From positions 1,054,001-1,118,000 of the forward strand of contig JADEYG010000004.1 of NCBI GenBank assembly GCA_016906335.1: DNA of 64,000 nt. The letters are read 5' to 3'. A program made the position numbers and the translations under genes. Below the pieces are notes generated by a model. That model was given only the letters and a program-made list of their open reading frames with translations, had not been told where the DNA came from and searched no databases. Positions within the stretch are counted from its first letter, which is position 1; each line of letters opens with the position of its first letter. This document shows, one piece after another, positions 61,864 to 64,000 of the stretch. The DNA comes from Novakomyces olei (lineage: Eukaryota).

Positions 61864-61972
61864 TACCAGGGTTTTCTCTCCCGTAAAAAAGAACTCGTTT
61901 GTTGTTGACCGACTTTTGTTGTGTTTTCATATTAGTCGCGCAAAGCTTGAAGAGCACATTCAAGAGTTAACA

Positions 61973-63443
61973 ATGAGGGAGATTGTGCATTTGCAGACGG
62001 GCCAATGCGGCAACCAGATCGGTGTTGCTTTCTGGGAGACTATTGCGGGCGAGCATGGGCTCGACAACGACGGAATGTAATGCGTACAAACAAAAACAAA
62101 AAATAAATCAAAATAGATCAAAATACTGATCCTTTTGTACAGTTATCACGGCACTACGGACGCGCAGAAAGAGCATTTGAACGTGTACTTCAACGAGGTA
62201 AGCTCATACGGAGCGCTATATTTCTCCCTTTTCAAATCTAAATGCTAAATATCAATAGGCTGCGGATAACAAGTATGTGCCTCGTGCAGTACTCGTCGAC
62301 CTCGAGCCCGGTACGATGGACGCGGTTCGATCCGGTCCATTGGGCAACCTCTTTCGCCCGGACAACTTCATCTTTGGCCAGAGCGGGGCTGGAAACGTCT
62401 GGGCCAAAGGTCACTATACAGAAGGAGCTGAGCTCGTGGACTCCGTATTGGAAGTCGTCCGTCGCGAGGCTGAGGCCTGCGACTGCTTGCAGGGCTTCCA
62501 GATCACTCATTCGCTGGGTGGAGGCACGGGAGCCGGAATGGGAACACTACTTATCAGCAAGATTCGTGAAGAATACCCTGACCGAATGATGGCCACGTTT
62601 TCCGTTGTGCCCAGTCCTCGCGTGAGTGATACTGTTGTTGAGCCTTACAATGCTACTCTTTCCATCCATCAATTGGTGGAGAACTCTGACGAGACTTTTT
62701 GCATCGATAATGAGGCACTTTACGATATCTGCCAGCGTACACTAAAACTTTCAGAGCCCACGTACCCTGAGCTTAATTCGCTTGTTTCCTCTGTAATGTC
62801 AGGTGTCACAACCTGCCTGCGTTTCCCAGGCGAATTGAACTCTGACTTGCGTAAACTGGCTGTCAACATGGTTCCATTTCCTCGTCTCCACTTTTTTATG
62901 GTGGGATTTGCTCCCTTGGTTGCTCGTGGCAGCAGTCAGTTCAGGAGCGTTTCCGTACCGGAGCTGACTCAGCAAATGTTTGACGCAAAGAACATGATGG
63001 CTGCCTCTGACCCTCGTCATGGACGCTACCTCACTGTCTGCACAATCTTCCGGGGCAAGATTAGTATGAAGGAAGTCGATGAGCAGATGCGTGCGGTACA
63101 GACCAAGAACTCGGCCTACTTTGTGGAATGGATCCCTGATAATGTGCAAAAGGCAGTCTGCAGTGTGCCGCCAAAGGGTGTCAAGATGTCGTCTACGTTT
63201 ATCGGTAATTCTACTTCGATCCAGGAGTTGTTCAAACGTGTCGGTGATCAGTTTACTGCCATGTTCCGTCGCAAGGCTTTTCTTCATTGGTATACTGGCG
63301 AGGGTATGGACGAGATGGAGTTTACCGAGGCAGAGAGTAACATGAACGATCTCGTTAGCGAGTACCAGCAGTACCAGGAGGCTGGTATCGAGGAAGAGGT
63401 GGAAGAGGAGTATGAGATTGAGGAGGAGATTGTCGAAGAATAA
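61973..63443 (+). CDS. nda3: Beta-tubulin, 3 exons
   Basis: Exons 61973-62076, 62143-62197, 62259-63443. Motifs [37 protein letters not shown]. Confidence 0.99.
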
Positions 63444-64000
63444 ATTCCTTCAGTCCGACAGTTGGGTTGAAGAGTGGAGAGAAATTAATTTTTGTCTTAA
63501 AGAATATATTTTCTTTTCATCTCGTTTGACTCGTAACATGGACTGGATAGTTTTTTTGAATTTTGATGCGTGCTTTTTACTTTGCGATTCATCGGGAACA
63601 TTTTTTACTATTACAAGAAGGATTGAAAAACGAAATTAAACCGATAGGAAAGCAAATAAAAGGCATTCGTCGACCTTTAGACGATTCTCTAGCGCGGAAA
63701 TTTGGCAAATCGGAATCCTTCCGTGTCTTTGATATAAATATCAGCTTCTTTTATATTCTTTATTCTTTTTCCAACTAATTATTCTTCATTTTAATTGTCG
63801 TTCGTATTCATTATTAATGGTGTTTAATTCTCAATTTGTGCAACTGTAACCCGTTTTAGGCTGTATTTATATCAAATTTGCAAGTAAGCTTTTATTGTAC
63901 AGTTTTTCTAATGAGGGGTATTGCTATTGAATGCCCAAATCTTTGCGGATCATTGCCGCACAAATCGGATGGTAAAACGTCTCGTTTTCCCGGAACGTTT

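Overview
Gene-dense fungal chromosomal window with about 26 protein-coding genes, many with very short introns. It is most likely from the Taphrinomycotina (fission-yeast lineage): the HMG box is Ste11-type, the beta-tubulin carries Nda3-like residues, rps20 and rps2 are head-to-head, and there is a Homol-D-like box. Genes in order: Dpy-30/Sdc1 (3' end), vezatin, tubulin cofactor E, Ifh1/Crf1-like, RNase III, Ste11-like HMG factor, spermidine synthase, Rps20, Rps2, Sua5, GMP synthase, Mrm2, Thp3, RimI-like GNAT, CNT nucleoside transporter, Vsb1-like SLC26, coilin, MOV10-like helicase, Coq2, two small secreted WSC proteins, Whi2, DDT/WHIM protein, Ssk2/Wis4-type MAPKKK, Mdm1-like sorting nexin, Dpb4 and beta-tubulin. 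I found no transposon, CRISPR array, tRNA or rRNA. The best leads are a divergent pair of WSC-only secreted proteins (one broken by an exact 29-bp tandem duplication), TR-boxes upstream of ste11, a bacterial-RimI-like GNAT, frequent AAG/GAG splice acceptors, a strand-biased GATA cluster and very long pure microsatellites in promoter/terminator regions. I cannot support a claim of a wholly new biological system. All family calls come from motif recognition, not database searches.
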